Below are positions 46,283 to 55,707 of a DNA stretch of 64,000 nt, one piece after another. The stretch's first letter is position 1. Each line of letters opens with the position of its first letter. This DNA is from Capsulimonadaceae bacterium (GTDB taxonomy: Bacteria > Armatimonadota > Armatimonadia > Armatimonadales > Capsulimonadaceae): assembly GCA_965215505.1 (NCBI GenBank), contig OZ244065.1, positions 2,080,001-2,144,000 of the forward strand. The letters are read 5' to 3'. The position numbers were made by a program, and so were the translations under genes. The notes under the pieces are model-generated. The model saw nothing but the letters and a program-made list of their open reading frames with translations, made no database searches and was not told where the DNA came from.

Positions 46283-47155
46283 ATGTCCAATGACCTCCTG
46301 CACGATCCGGTCAGCCGGCGTGTCTTTCTGGCCCGCATGACGGCGGCCGGGCTGGGCACGGCAGCGGCCGCCCTGCTCGCCGGCTGCGGCGGCGGCGGCA
46401 GCAACAACAGCGGCGGCAGCGTCCTGAATCCCACCAGCGGCACCACGTTCGCCGACTCGGCAAACTTCCCCGGTGTCCCCGGCCAGACGGAGGACCTCGT
46501 CGTCCTCAACTTCGCCCTGACCCTGGAGACGCTGGAGGCGGACCTGTACCGCCAGGCCCTCAACGTCGCGGCGGGCCAGCCCATCGGTGCCCCCCTGCCG
46601 GCGACCAGCGCCAGCGCCTACACCCTGACCGCCCCCACGGGCACGCTGACCGCCCAGCAGGCGGCGGCGGGCTTCGCCTACTTGCAGCAGTATGCCTATG
46701 TGGAGGCCGCCCACCGCGACTTCCTGCGCGGGTTCATCCCGACCCTCGGCGGGACGCCCGTCCCGGCCAACCCGAAGGGCTACAGCGCGGCCTCAGCGGG
46801 GCTTGCACCCGGCGCGACCTTGCAGCAGCTCCTGAACGTCATTCTCATCGCCGAGGAGACCGGCGTGTCGGCGTACCTCGGCGCGGCGGGCTTCCTGACG
46901 GTCCCCCTGCTGGTCCAGGCGGCCTCCACGATCTACTCCACCGAGTCGCGGCATTCGGCCACCATCAACCTCGCCTTGGGCAACATCAGTCCGGGCGCGA
47001 CGGCGGCCCCTGGCCCGTCGGGTGCCTTCGGCGGCGCGCAGCCGACTGCCAACGTCAAGATCCCCGCCGGTGTGACCGTTCTCCCCGGAACCGCCGAGTT
47101 CGCCAAGACGCCGGCCCAGATCCTGGCCGCCGTCAAGCCGTTCTTCGTCATGTAA
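46283..47155 (+). CDS. Ferritin-like (Ferritin_2-type) Tat lipoprotein
   Basis: SRRVFL...LLAGC signal, LNFALTLETLE, EAAH, EETGVSAYLGAA, ESRH. Confidence 0.88.
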   Translation: MSNDLLHDPVSRRVFLARMTAAGLGTAAAALLAGCGGGGSNNSGGSVLNPTSGTTFADSANFPGVPGQTEDLVVLNFALTLETLEADLYRQALNVAAGQPIGAPLPATSASAYTLTAPTGTLTAQQAAAGFAYLQQYAYVEAAHRDFLRGFIPTLGGTPVPANPKGYSAASAGLAPGATLQQLLNVILIAEETGVSAYLGAAGFLTVPLLVQAASTIYSTESRHSATINLALGNISPGATAAPGPSGAFGGAQPTANVKIPAGVTVLPGTAEFAKTPAQILAAVKPFFVM

Positions 47156-47182
47156 CCCATTCTTCAGAAAGGCATTCTTCCC

Positions 47183-48034
47183 ATGAGTGATAAGACTCTC
47201 ACCGGCGCAGCGCTGGCCGCGGCGGGAGTGGCCGCGGCCGGCCTCATGGCCGCCCGCCCCGCGCAGGCGTCCACGCCGACTACCCACGTCACGTTCTATT
47301 TCGCTACGCCCCCGGCGGCGACCGGCCCGAACGTGGTCCAGATCCCCAGCACGTCCACGAACTTCACGACCGCAAGCCCCGACGTCCAGATCCTGAACTT
47401 CGCTCTGGCCGTCGAAACCATCGAGGCCGAGCGGTATCGCCAGACCATCGCCCGCCTGACCGGCGGCGGCACCGACATGTTCGGCAACCCGATCGCGGGC
47501 CTGGGGCTGGACACCACCTCGCTGGATGTCCTGCTGGTCACCGGCTTCGCCCAGACGGAGATGCAGCAGCGCGACGTGCTCGCCACGACGCTCTACGGCA
47601 GCCCCGCCACCAACCCGTTCCTGGACCAGACCCAGTACAAGTTCGACTACGGCATCAACGGCCTGAGCCGGACGCTGGCCGTGACGGGCATCTACACGGC
47701 CGAAACCATCGGCGTCGCCGCCTACCTGGGCGGCTCGGGCCTGCTCTCCATCAAGTCGCCGTTCCTCGCTCCGGCGGCCTCGTTCCTCGGCGTCGAGGCC
47801 CGCCACGCGGCCGGACTGGCGTATGCCCTGAACGCCCTGAACGGCCCCACTATCCAGACCGCGCCGCTCGCGACCGACAAGAACACGATCGGCATCAACG
47901 GCGCAGACATGCCGCTGACGGCGGACCAGGTGCTGTACCAGGGCGGACAGGTCGCAGTCGGGCTGCTGCCCGCCACGGGCGGCGTGACGCCTCCCCAGTC
48001 GGGTCCGAACGGGTTCGTCTACCGGCCTTCGTAG
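47183..48034 (+). CDS. Second exported ferritin-like protein
   Basis: Signal ending PAQA, LNFALAVETIE, ETIGVAAYLGG, VEARHA. Confidence 0.85.
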   Translation: MSDKTLTGAALAAAGVAAAGLMAARPAQASTPTTHVTFYFATPPAATGPNVVQIPSTSTNFTTASPDVQILNFALAVETIEAERYRQTIARLTGGGTDMFGNPIAGLGLDTTSLDVLLVTGFAQTEMQQRDVLATTLYGSPATNPFLDQTQYKFDYGINGLSRTLAVTGIYTAETIGVAAYLGGSGLLSIKSPFLAPAASFLGVEARHAAGLAYALNALNGPTIQTAPLATDKNTIGINGADMPLTADQVLYQGGQVAVGLLPATGGVTPPQSGPNGFVYRPS

Positions 48035-48060
48035 GCACAGACCGTTCGCGAGTGACACTT

Positions 48061-48093
48061 AAAGGGCCTGCCGTTCATCCGGCAGGCCCTTTT
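48061..48093 (+). terminator. Intrinsic (possibly bidirectional) terminator
   Basis: AAAGGGCCTGCCG-loop-CGGCAGGCCCTTTT. Confidence 0.85.
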
Positions 48094-48136
48094 CCTGTCA
48101 AAGCCTGTCCCGCGTGTGATATAATAGGGGCAGACC

Positions 48137-49393
48137 ATGCCCGAACACGCGACAACCGAATGTGTAAGAAGCACGCCGCCGACGATGGCGGAGGATGACG
48201 AACTGCGCCTGCTGCGCGCCCTGCTGCGCGCCTCGGATTACGGCGTCCTGCTCTCCGACGCGGACCGGCGCGACCGCATCGGCAACAAGCGGTTCTGCGA
48301 GCTGTTCGGGATGGACAGCCTGGACACCCTGCTGTCGCAGCCGGACTATGTCCGCCGCCAGCTCGTCGCACGCCTGAAGGACCCGGAGGGGTTCGTGCGG
48401 ACTCTGGACGAGATCTACGCGGACCCCAGGCGGGTCGTCGAGGACGAGGTGGAGCTGACCGCACCGCGCCCGCGCCTGCTGCGCCGCTACACCGCGCCCG
48501 TATTGGGCGACGACGGGGCCGTCATCGGCCGGCTGTGGACCTTCCTGGACATCACGCGCGCGCGCGGCATGGAGGACAAGATCCGCGCCCAGGCCGCCCA
48601 GCTCAAGGAGCAGTCCCGGCAGCTCGCTACGGCCCTCAAAACCGTGACCGGGCGGCTGGGCAAGGCCGAGAACACGCTGTCGCTGACACAGCAGCAGCTC
48701 TTTGAAACCGAGAAGCTTTCGGCAGTCGGCCTGCTGGCCGCCTCAGTCGCCCACGACATCCGCAACATCCTCACCCCGCTCTCCATCGAGATCGCCCTGG
48801 CCGACCAGGACGACCCGGCCGCCCGCGCCGAATCGCTGGACGCGATGCGGAGGCAGGTGGACGGCCTCGCCCTGCTGACCCACCGCCTGCTCGCCCTGGC
48901 CCGGCCCGACAAGGTCGAGCGGGCGCAGACGGACCTCGCCGCCCTGGCCGAGCGCATCACCCACCTCGTCCGGTCACAGGCCGCGCTGGAGAACGTCCGC
49001 ATCGTCATGGCCGTCTCCGCCGGCCTGCCGCCCGTCCGGGCCGACGGCGTCCAGATAGACCAGGTGCTGGTCAACCTCGTCCTGAACGCCGTCCAGGCCA
49101 TGCGCGCCGTCGGCGGCGGCACGCTGACTCTGGCCCTGGACCGGCACAAGGACGGCGCGCGCGTCCGCGTCTCCGACACGGGGCCGGGCATCCCGCCCGC
49201 CCACCGGAGCCGCCTGTTCGACCCGTTCTTCACCACCCGGCCCGACGGGGCGGGGCTGGGGCTGTTCTCCTGCCGGCGCATCGTCCAGGCGCACGGCGGC
49301 ACGATCGGGGTGCGCGCCCGGCCCGGTGGCGGGACGCAGTTCACGGTCTGGCTGCCGCGCACCCACTCCCCAGAAAGCGACACAACGCCATAG
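48137..49393 (+). CDS. Cytoplasmic PAS-domain sensor histidine kinase
   Basis: EKLSAVG..AHDIRN, NLVLNA, DTGPGI, FDPFFTT, GLGL. No TM segment. TGATATAAT at 48117-48125. Confidence 0.92.
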   Translation: MPEHATTECVRSTPPTMAEDDELRLLRALLRASDYGVLLSDADRRDRIGNKRFCELFGMDSLDTLLSQPDYVRRQLVARLKDPEGFVRTLDEIYADPRRVVEDEVELTAPRPRLLRRYTAPVLGDDGAVIGRLWTFLDITRARGMEDKIRAQAAQLKEQSRQLATALKTVTGRLGKAENTLSLTQQQLFETEKLSAVGLLAASVAHDIRNILTPLSIEIALADQDDPAARAESLDAMRRQVDGLALLTHRLLALARPDKVERAQTDLAALAERITHLVRSQAALENVRIVMAVSAGLPPVRADGVQIDQVLVNLVLNAVQAMRAVGGGTLTLALDRHKDGARVRVSDTGPGIPPAHRSRLFDPFFTTRPDGAGLGLFSCRRIVQAHGGTIGVRARPGGGTQFTVWLPRTHSPESDTTP

Positions 49394-50094
49394 CCGGAAA
49401 GATCCTGGTCGTTGAAGACGACCGCGCCATCGTCCAGTCCTTGATGCGCCTGCTGTCTCGCGACGGCTACTTCGTCCACGCCGTTCTCAGCGGTGAGGAG
49501 GCCGCCGCCCACCTGCGCGCGGACCCCTCCTACGACCTGGCCCTGCTGGACGTCGCGCTGCCGGGCATGGACGGCTTCGCCTGCTGCCGCGCCCTGCGGG
49601 AACAGGGCTGGCGTCGGCCGATCCTGATGCTGACCGGACGCGGGGCGGGCCAGGACAAGATCGCCGGGCTGTCCGCGGGCGCGGACGACTACATCACGAA
49701 GCCCTTCAACCCCGGCGAGCTGCTGGCCCGCATCGCGGCACACCTGCGCCGGACGCGCGAGTACGGTGCCCCCGAAGAAGACGCCCGCGAGATCGTGCTG
49801 GGGCCGGGCTTGACCCTGGATTTACGCACCCGCGACGCCGTCGTCAAAGGCGAACTGGCCCACCTGACGGACCGCGAGTATGAGGTCTTGCTCCTCCTCG
49901 CTCGCCAGAAGGGGACCGCGCTCGACAAGCTCTGGCTGTTCCAGCAGGTCTGGGGCAATGCTCCGGAGGAGGGCATCAAGGCGCTTGCCGTTTATATCCG
50001 CCGCCTCCGCCAGAAGATCGAGGAGGACGAGGACCACCCGCGCTACATCCAGACCGTGCGCGGCTTCGGGTACAAGCTGGTGCCGGGGGAGTAG
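49390..50094 (+). CDS. OmpR/PhoB-family response regulator (probable ATA start at 49390)
   Basis: KILVVEDD lies upstream of the ORF-track start. LLDVALPGMDG, GADDYITKPF, LRQKIE, TVRGFGY. Confidence 0.92.
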   Translation: MAGKILVVEDDRAIVQSLMRLLSRDGYFVHAVLSGEEAAAHLRADPSYDLALLDVALPGMDGFACCRALREQGWRRPILMLTGRGAGQDKIAGLSAGADDYITKPFNPGELLARIAAHLRRTREYGAPEEDAREIVLGPGLTLDLRTRDAVVKGELAHLTDREYEVLLLLARQKGTALDKLWLFQQVWGNAPEEGIKALAVYIRRLRQKIEEDEDHPRYIQTVRGFGYKLVPGE

Positions 50095-50116
50095 GGTCCT
50101 ACGGTTGGAGGGGCAG

Positions 50117-50243
50117 ACACGGACAAAAAAGGCGAACACGGACAAAAAAGGCGAACACAAGGTTCGCCCCTACATCCTAACCGCCGGTCCTGCCCACGCA
50201 TCCTGTCCGTCTGCCCCGTAGGGGCGAACCTTGTGTTCGCCCT
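50117..50243. repeat. REP doublet plus 19-bp tandem duplication
   Basis: ggcgaacacaaggttcgcccctac (50150-50173) and gtaggggcgaaccttgtgttcgccct (50218-50243). acacggacaaaaaaggcga x2 at 50117-50154. Confidence 0.85.
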
Positions 50244-50348
50244 CCCTTGCACCCGCCCTCCCCCTCCCTATACCCGCGCCGCTTGGGAACTCCCCCACCC
50301 CCCGCCCTGTTTTATCAGCAACGACACATTTGGAACGGAGCGAGACTC

Positions 50349-50834
50349 ATGGCAGAACAGACACTGGAAAAGGCGACCTTCGGCGCGGGCTGCTTCTGGG
50401 GCGTGGAAGCCACCTTCCGGCAGATACCGGGCGTCGTGGACGCGCCGGTCGGCTACGAGGGCGGGACGCTCGAAAACCCGACTTACAAGGATGTCTGCAA
50501 CTACGAGACCGGCCACGCCGAAGTCGTCGAAGTCCTCTTCGACCCGTCCGTCGTGTCCTACGACACCCTGCTGGACGTCTTCTGGGAGAACCACAACCCC
50601 ACGACCCTGAACAGCCAGGGGCCGGACTACGGCACGCAGTACCGCTCGGCGATCTTCTTCCACTCGCCCGCCCAGCAGGCCGCCGCTGAGGCGTCGAAGG
50701 AGAAGTGGGACAAGAGCGGGCGCTTCAAGCGGCCCATCGTGACCGAGATCACCCCCGCCCAGACCTTCTACCGGGCCGAGGAGTACCACCAGCAGTACCT
50801 CGGCAAGCGCGGCCTGGCGAGCTGCCACCTCTAA
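50349..50834 (+). CDS. msrA: Peptide-methionine (S)-S-oxide reductase
   Basis: [29 protein letters not shown] motifs. Confidence 0.97.
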   Translation: MAEQTLEKATFGAGCFWGVEATFRQIPGVVDAPVGYEGGTLENPTYKDVCNYETGHAEVVEVLFDPSVVSYDTLLDVFWENHNPTTLNSQGPDYGTQYRSAIFFHSPAQQAAAEASKEKWDKSGRFKRPIVTEITPAQTFYRAEEYHQQYLGKRGLASCHL

Positions 50835-50851
50835 GCGACGAGTGAGACAAC

Positions 50852-50888
50852 AAAGGGGCGGGGGATGATTCCCCCGCCCCTTTTCTTT
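50852..50888 (+). terminator. Intrinsic terminator after msrA
   Basis: AAAGGGGCGGGGGA-loop-TCCCCCGCCCCTTTTCTTT. Confidence 0.85.
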
Positions 50889-50927
50889 TAACCGTCCGGC
50901 TGCGCTTGACGCCCGCGCCGGGGCGAG

Positions 50928-52034
50928 TCAGGAGTGGATCGTCGCGAACACAATCCCTGACGGCCCCGGAACGCCGGAAAGTACATTCTGCGGCACCAAA
51001 GTGAGGGCGCCGGTGGAGCCGTCAACCGTGTATTCGGAGATCGAGTCGTAGTTGGCGACGTAGGCTAAGTTGCCGCTCGGGCTGAGGGTGATCGCGCCAG
51101 CCATGGTGTCTACACTCGACACGGTTTTGACCGCCGTGAGAGCGCCCGTGGAGGCGTCCACAGCGTACTCCACGATTGCCCCCACGTTCGGCTCGGCGGC
51201 GGGGCCGAGCGTTCGCGGGCTGGGCATCCGGACCGCACTCCGGAGGCCCCCGCTGGTTGTGACAGGAGGCTGGTAAGTGATATAGGCGAAGCGCCCATTC
51301 GGGCTGAGGGCGAGGGCGCTGGGGAAGTCTTCGGGGGCATCGCCGACGCTTATGGAGCTGACGCCCGTGGGCGTCAGCGCACCGCGAGAGGCGTCCACGG
51401 CGTATCGGGACGCCGTCCGGTCAAAAGAATTGGTCACATAAGCGAAGCGCCCGTCCGGGCTGAGGGCGAGCGCAACCGGGAGAGTGCCGGTGCCGACGAC
51501 ACCGCCGGCAACCGCCGTCAGTGCGCCGGTGGCCGCGTTGATGGTGTACGCCGAAACAGTGTTGGCATCACCGGCGACCGCGTAAGCGAATCTCCCGCTC
51601 GGACTGACGGCGATGGCGAAGATACCCGGACGACCCGGAAGACCTGATGGGTCCGTCTGGCCGGCGGAGACGGTGCCAGCCGCGACGGTGGTGCCGTGGG
51701 CCGTGAGGCCCCCCGTGGCCGGGTTCACCGCGTACTCGGTGATGACGTTGGTGTCGGCGTTCGTCGCATAAGCGAACCGGCCGTCCGAGCTGACGGCGAG
51801 GCCGGAGGTGTTGCCTCCTGTCCCAAGCGGGCTTTGGGCGGCACCGCTGAATGCTCCAGTCATGGGATCAACGATGTAATGAGAGACTCCGCCGCCCGCG
51901 TCCGCTACAAAGGCCGAGAGGACCGCCGGGGCGTGCTGGTCGGAGCCGCCTCCGCCGCCGCAGCCGCCCAGCAAGGGCGTCATGAACGCGGCGGCCATTG
52001 TGACCATTACCCTTCTGCCGATCTTGTGTTTCAT
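50928..52034 (-). CDS. Lactonase-family beta-propeller lipoprotein
   Basis: Lipobox LLGGC. Repeats of SP(D/S/N)GRFAY and Y.VD.xTGALT. Confidence 0.85.
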   Translation of the reverse strand: MKHKIGRRVMVTMAAAFMTPLLGGCGGGGGSDQHAPAVLSAFVADAGGGVSHYIVDPMTGAFSGAAQSPLGTGGNTSGLAVSSDGRFAYATNADTNVITEYAVNPATGGLTAHGTTVAAGTVSAGQTDPSGLPGRPGIFAIAVSPSGRFAYAVAGDANTVSAYTINAATGALTAVAGGVVGTGTLPVALALSPDGRFAYVTNSFDRTASRYAVDASRGALTPTGVSSISVGDAPEDFPSALALSPNGRFAYITYQPPVTTSGGLRSAVRMPSPRTLGPAAEPNVGAIVEYAVDASTGALTAVKTVSSVDTMAGAITLSPSGNLAYVANYDSISEYTVDGSTGALTLVPQNVLSGVPGPSGIVFATIHS

Positions 52035-52255
52035 GAGATTCGCCCGTCCCTTCCCTCTTCCAAAGCCGGTCAGCGACACCCGATTTTGAGAGGCAAGGCT
52101 GCCTGCTTCATAATTATACCACGCCTGCCGGCAATACTGCGGATTGTCCCGCAGCATCTTTCAGGGCCGGTGCGGGCAGCGGGGACTGAAGACGGCCAAT
52201 CTCCTGACCGTGTAGGGGCGGGGCCCCGCCCACTTTGTCCACCTCCACACCATCC

Positions 52256-53419
52256 TCACAGCACCCGCGTTCGCTTGGACACCGCCTTGCGCGTCTGGGT
52301 GGCGGGCATGTCCTCGCGGACGAAGGCGTTTTCTACCAGGCGGAAGAAGGCGTCCCGCTCGGGGCCGCGCACGACGGCGCGCTCGTGGGCCTCGGCCAGG
52401 GCGATGGGGTAGCCCTGGCCCTTGCGGGCCTGATCGTAGCAGAGGACATGGACGCGGTCGGTCAGGTCGCAGTCTTCGGCCACCCACAGAGGAATTTCGA
52501 CGCGGGCGATCTCCGGCCCGGCGTTCAAATAGAAGAAGGCGATGCGCTGCTCGGGAGGGTACAGGTCCAGGCTCCGGGCGCGGCTGCCGAAGACGGGGGA
52601 GCGGTCGCCGGGGCGGGGCAGCAGGGACTTGTAGAGCTGGGCGTCGGTGAGATGGGCCAGCCTCGCGCACAGGCCCTTGGGGTCGTGGCCGCAGCCCGGC
52701 TCGCACAGGGTCAGGCGCAGCGCGCCGACCACGTCCCGATGGGCGGGGCGGCTGACGTAGCCCGCGACGGGGGTTCCCGCCGCCTGCCCGGCCTGGAGCA
52801 TCTGGCAGAAGCCGTCAATGACGCGCCGCTGCTCCGCCTCGGATTCGCCCTGCGGGGTCCAGACAATCAAGGGGTCATCCACCAGGGCCAGCGCGTGGCG
52901 GTCCTGGTGCGTTTCAATGAGTGCGGCCAGGGCGGCGCTTTCGGCCAGCAGGCGGCGGTTCGCGATGATCTTCTCGGACAGCGGGACGGGGTCGCCGCCG
53001 CCCTCGGACGTGAACAGCTCCTCGTCGCGGAAGTGCAGGGTCGCCCGCGAGGTCAGGCCGGGCCGCTCGCCCGTCCCGTAGTGCAGGACGATCTCGCCGA
53101 CGTTGAGCAGGAAGCAGGGCGCGACGGCGTGGCGGTCCAGGGGAATTTGCGAGCCGTCGGTCGCCAGGGCGGTATAGATGTCGGGTTCGTCCCCAGGCAG
53201 CGAGCAGACCGCGCCGGGCGGGGTGTCCTTGCAGTCGGCGACCAGCCAGGGCGGGGGCGGCAGCGACTCGCGCTGTGCCCGCGTTGCCGCCCAGGCCTCT
53301 TTGTCCAGCGCGGCCTGGCCGAGCGCGGCCTGCATCGTCGCCGCCGCCCGGTCGCCGCGCTTTCGGGCCTCGGCCCCCATTAGCTGAATGTCGCTCACGA
53401 CTTGCGCTAGGTCCAGCAT
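52256..53419 (-). CDS. nurA: NurA-family nuclease
   Basis: ATDGSQI, RVEIP.W, GQGYP.AL.EAHERAVV motifs. Confidence 0.88.
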   Translation of the reverse strand: MLDLAQVVSDIQLMGAEARKRGDRAAATMQAALGQAALDKEAWAATRAQRESLPPPPWLVADCKDTPPGAVCSLPGDEPDIYTALATDGSQIPLDRHAVAPCFLLNVGEIVLHYGTGERPGLTSRATLHFRDEELFTSEGGGDPVPLSEKIIANRRLLAESAALAALIETHQDRHALALVDDPLIVWTPQGESEAEQRRVIDGFCQMLQAGQAAGTPVAGYVSRPAHRDVVGALRLTLCEPGCGHDPKGLCARLAHLTDAQLYKSLLPRPGDRSPVFGSRARSLDLYPPEQRIAFFYLNAGPEIARVEIPLWVAEDCDLTDRVHVLCYDQARKGQGYPIALAEAHERAVVRGPERDAFFRLVENAFVREDMPATQTRKAVSKRTRVL

Positions 53420-53472
53420 TTTGTTCCCCTCTGTCTTATCACTGGTGTTATGCAGTCCGGGCCGGGCCGCGG

Positions 53473-53613
53473 GCCGAGTGGTTGAAAACCACTCGCTAGG
53501 CCAGGCGTCCTTCGGACACAGGACGCCCTATGCAGGCCCGGTCCGTCCGCATTCCTGTCCGTATTCTCGTCCGTAGGACGCCTCTCCGAGCGAGTGGTTT
53601 TCAACCACTCGGC
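53473..53613. repeat. REPIN: two exact inverted 25-mers with inner inverted repeat
   Basis: gccgagtggttgaaaaccactcgct (53473-53497) and its exact reverse complement (53589-53613). Inner ggcgtcct.cggac IR. Confidence 0.85.
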
Positions 53614-54962
53614 AGGCTCCGGCTCCCCGACTCCGGCAGCGGCTCGTCGTCCGGGCGCATGATTAGCCGCAGCTTGTCCACACGCCGCCCGTCGGTCTTC
53701 TCCACGACGAACTCCAAATCCTCGTAATGCACCGACTCGCCTTCCTCTAACTGACGCCCGATCTGGCCGAAGACGAAGCCGCCGACGGTGTCGAAGTCGG
53801 CGTGGGGCAGGTCGAGGTCCAGGCGGTCGTTCAGGTCGTCTATCGCCATGCGGGCGTCAATGCGCCACACGCCCGGCCCGAGCGGCAGCAGCATGGGGTC
53901 TTCCTGGTCGTACTCGTCCTGGATCTCCCCCACCAATTCTTCCAGCAGGTCTTCCATGGTGACCAGGCCCGCCGTGCCGCCGTACTCGTCCTGGATCACG
54001 GCGAGCAGGACGCTGGACCGGCGGAACTCGTCCAGAAGCTCATCCACGCGCCGGTTCTCCGGGACGATAAGTGGCAGGCGCATGACCGCGCGCAGGTCCA
54101 CGACACGCTCGCCGCGCGCCAGGGCGGGCAGGAGGTCTTTGGCGTGGACGATGCCGATGATGGCGTCCACGCTGCCCTCGTAGACGGGGATGCGCGAGTG
54201 GCCGCTTTCCATGATGAGGTCCAGCAACGCGGGCAGGCCCGCGCCGACGTCCGCGGCCTTGATGTCAATGCGCGGGGTCATCACCTGCCGGACGTCGGTG
54301 TCGCCGAACGAGATGACGTTGCGGATGATCTCCTTCTCGTCCTCCTCGATGGCACCGGACTGGGCGCTCGCTTCCAGCAGGGCGCGCAGCTCCTCCTCGG
54401 TGATCATCGGCGCGGCGAAGGTCGCGGTCAGTCCGAAGGGCCGGACCAGCAGGTTGGACAGCAGGAGAGCCGCTCCGGCCAGGGGGGCCAGCAGGACCAT
54501 GAAGAAGCGCAGGGGGCGGGCGATCAGCAGGGCGACCTGACCGGGCCGGCGCAGGGCGACCGTCCGCGGGACGATCTCGCCGATGACGATGGTGACGAGG
54601 GCAGCCAGGGCGGTCAGGACGACGGTCATGGCGCGGACCGGGTGGTCGCCCATCCCCAATGCCTTGACGCGCAGCGGCAGGGCGGCGGCCCAGTCGGGGG
54701 CGAGGGTGGCGGCGGCGATGGCCGAGACGGTGAAAGAGGCCAGCGTGATGCCCACCTGCACCGTCGCCACCACGCGGGTCGGCTGCCGCATGAGCTGCTG
54801 CGCGCTGCCCGCCGCCGCACCGTCCGCCCCGCCCTCTTCGATCAGGTCCTGGAGGCGGGCGTTGCGGACCGTGTTCAGGGCGACCTCGGCCAGCGTGAAG
54901 AAGCCGTTGAGCAAAGTCAGGAGCAGCAGGGCGAGGAAGGCGTAACTATGGGAGGGGTTCAT
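53601..54962 (-). CDS. Hemolysin/CNNM-CBS-CorC family protein
   Basis: NGFFTLAEVAL, VQVGIT, GEIVPR, GHSRIPVY, DEYGGTAGLVTMEDLLEELVGEIQDEYD. Confidence 0.93.
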   Translation of the reverse strand: MNPSHSYAFLALLLLTLLNGFFTLAEVALNTVRNARLQDLIEEGGADGAAAGSAQQLMRQPTRVVATVQVGITLASFTVSAIAAATLAPDWAAALPLRVKALGMGDHPVRAMTVVLTALAALVTIVIGEIVPRTVALRRPGQVALLIARPLRFFMVLLAPLAGAALLLSNLLVRPFGLTATFAAPMITEEELRALLEASAQSGAIEEDEKEIIRNVISFGDTDVRQVMTPRIDIKAADVGAGLPALLDLIMESGHSRIPVYEGSVDAIIGIVHAKDLLPALARGERVVDLRAVMRLPLIVPENRRVDELLDEFRRSSVLLAVIQDEYGGTAGLVTMEDLLEELVGEIQDEYDQEDPMLLPLGPGVWRIDARMAIDDLNDRLDLDLPHADFDTVGGFVFGQIGRQLEEGESVHYEDLEFVVEKTDGRRVDKLRLIMRPDDEPLPESGSRSLPSG

Positions 54963-54981
54963 CGGGGGCTTTCGCCGAAGG

Positions 54982-55704
54982 TCAGTGCGCCGGAAAGATG
55001 TGGAAAAAGTAGACGCCGCTGGTGAACAGGATACCCAAAAGGCCGCCGATGACCACTTCCTGCATCGTGTGAATCTTCCCCTCGACCCGGCTCTGCGCCA
55101 CCAGGAAGGCCAGGAGCAGGGCCAGAGCGCCGGTGAAGTAGTCCATCGCCCGGTAGATCAGCGTCGAGGCGAGAAAGAAGGAAAGGGCCGAATGGCCGCT
55201 GACGACGCCCCCCGACAGGATGGACCCCTTGCCGCCCAGGACCTTGCTGATGCCCACGATAGTCAGCACCAGCACGCAGACCGTTAGGATCACGGTCATC
55301 GGCTGCGGGTCGTGTTCCACCCGCAGGTGCAATGTCGCCAGCCGGTTGCTGCCGAAGAACAGGATGCCGCCGACGATGGCCGCCGTGATGCTGGCGATTA
55401 ATACCGCCCCCGCCGCGATGTCTTTTGCGAGCTTCGCCAGGGGGTGATACGCCTGCGTGATCATGTCCACGACACTTTCAACGGCTGTGTTCATCATCTC
55501 GGCGACCAGGACGCCCGACACGGCGAGGAACAACAGCGCCATCTCGACGCGCGACAGCCGCAGCAGCAGGCCGATGGACAGCACCAGCACGACGGCGAAG
55601 AAGTGGAACCGCATGTGCCTCTGCGTGCGGAAGGCGTGGACGATGCCTTCCACGGCGTAGCGGAACGAGTCCAGATGGTTTTTCGGTCGTGGTACTTGAC
55701 GCAT
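54982..55704 (-). CDS. dgkA: Diacylglycerol/undecaprenol kinase fused to a PAP2-like domain
   Basis: SFRYAVEG, EMMNTAVE, AKDIAAGAV, then SGHS and SRVEGKIH. Confidence 0.9.
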   Translation of the reverse strand: MRQVPRPKNHLDSFRYAVEGIVHAFRTQRHMRFHFFAVVLVLSIGLLLRLSRVEMALLFLAVSGVLVAEMMNTAVESVVDMITQAYHPLAKLAKDIAAGAVLIASITAAIVGGILFFGSNRLATLHLRVEHDPQPMTVILTVCVLVLTIVGISKVLGGKGSILSGGVVSGHSALSFFLASTLIYRAMDYFTGALALLLAFLVAQSRVEGKIHTMQEVVIGGLLGILFTSGVYFFHIFPAH

Positions 55705-55707
55705 GGC

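Noticed and set aside
50117-50243. CRISPR-like repeats
   Set aside because: Only a two-copy tandem duplication and inverted REPs. No spacer array and no cas genes.
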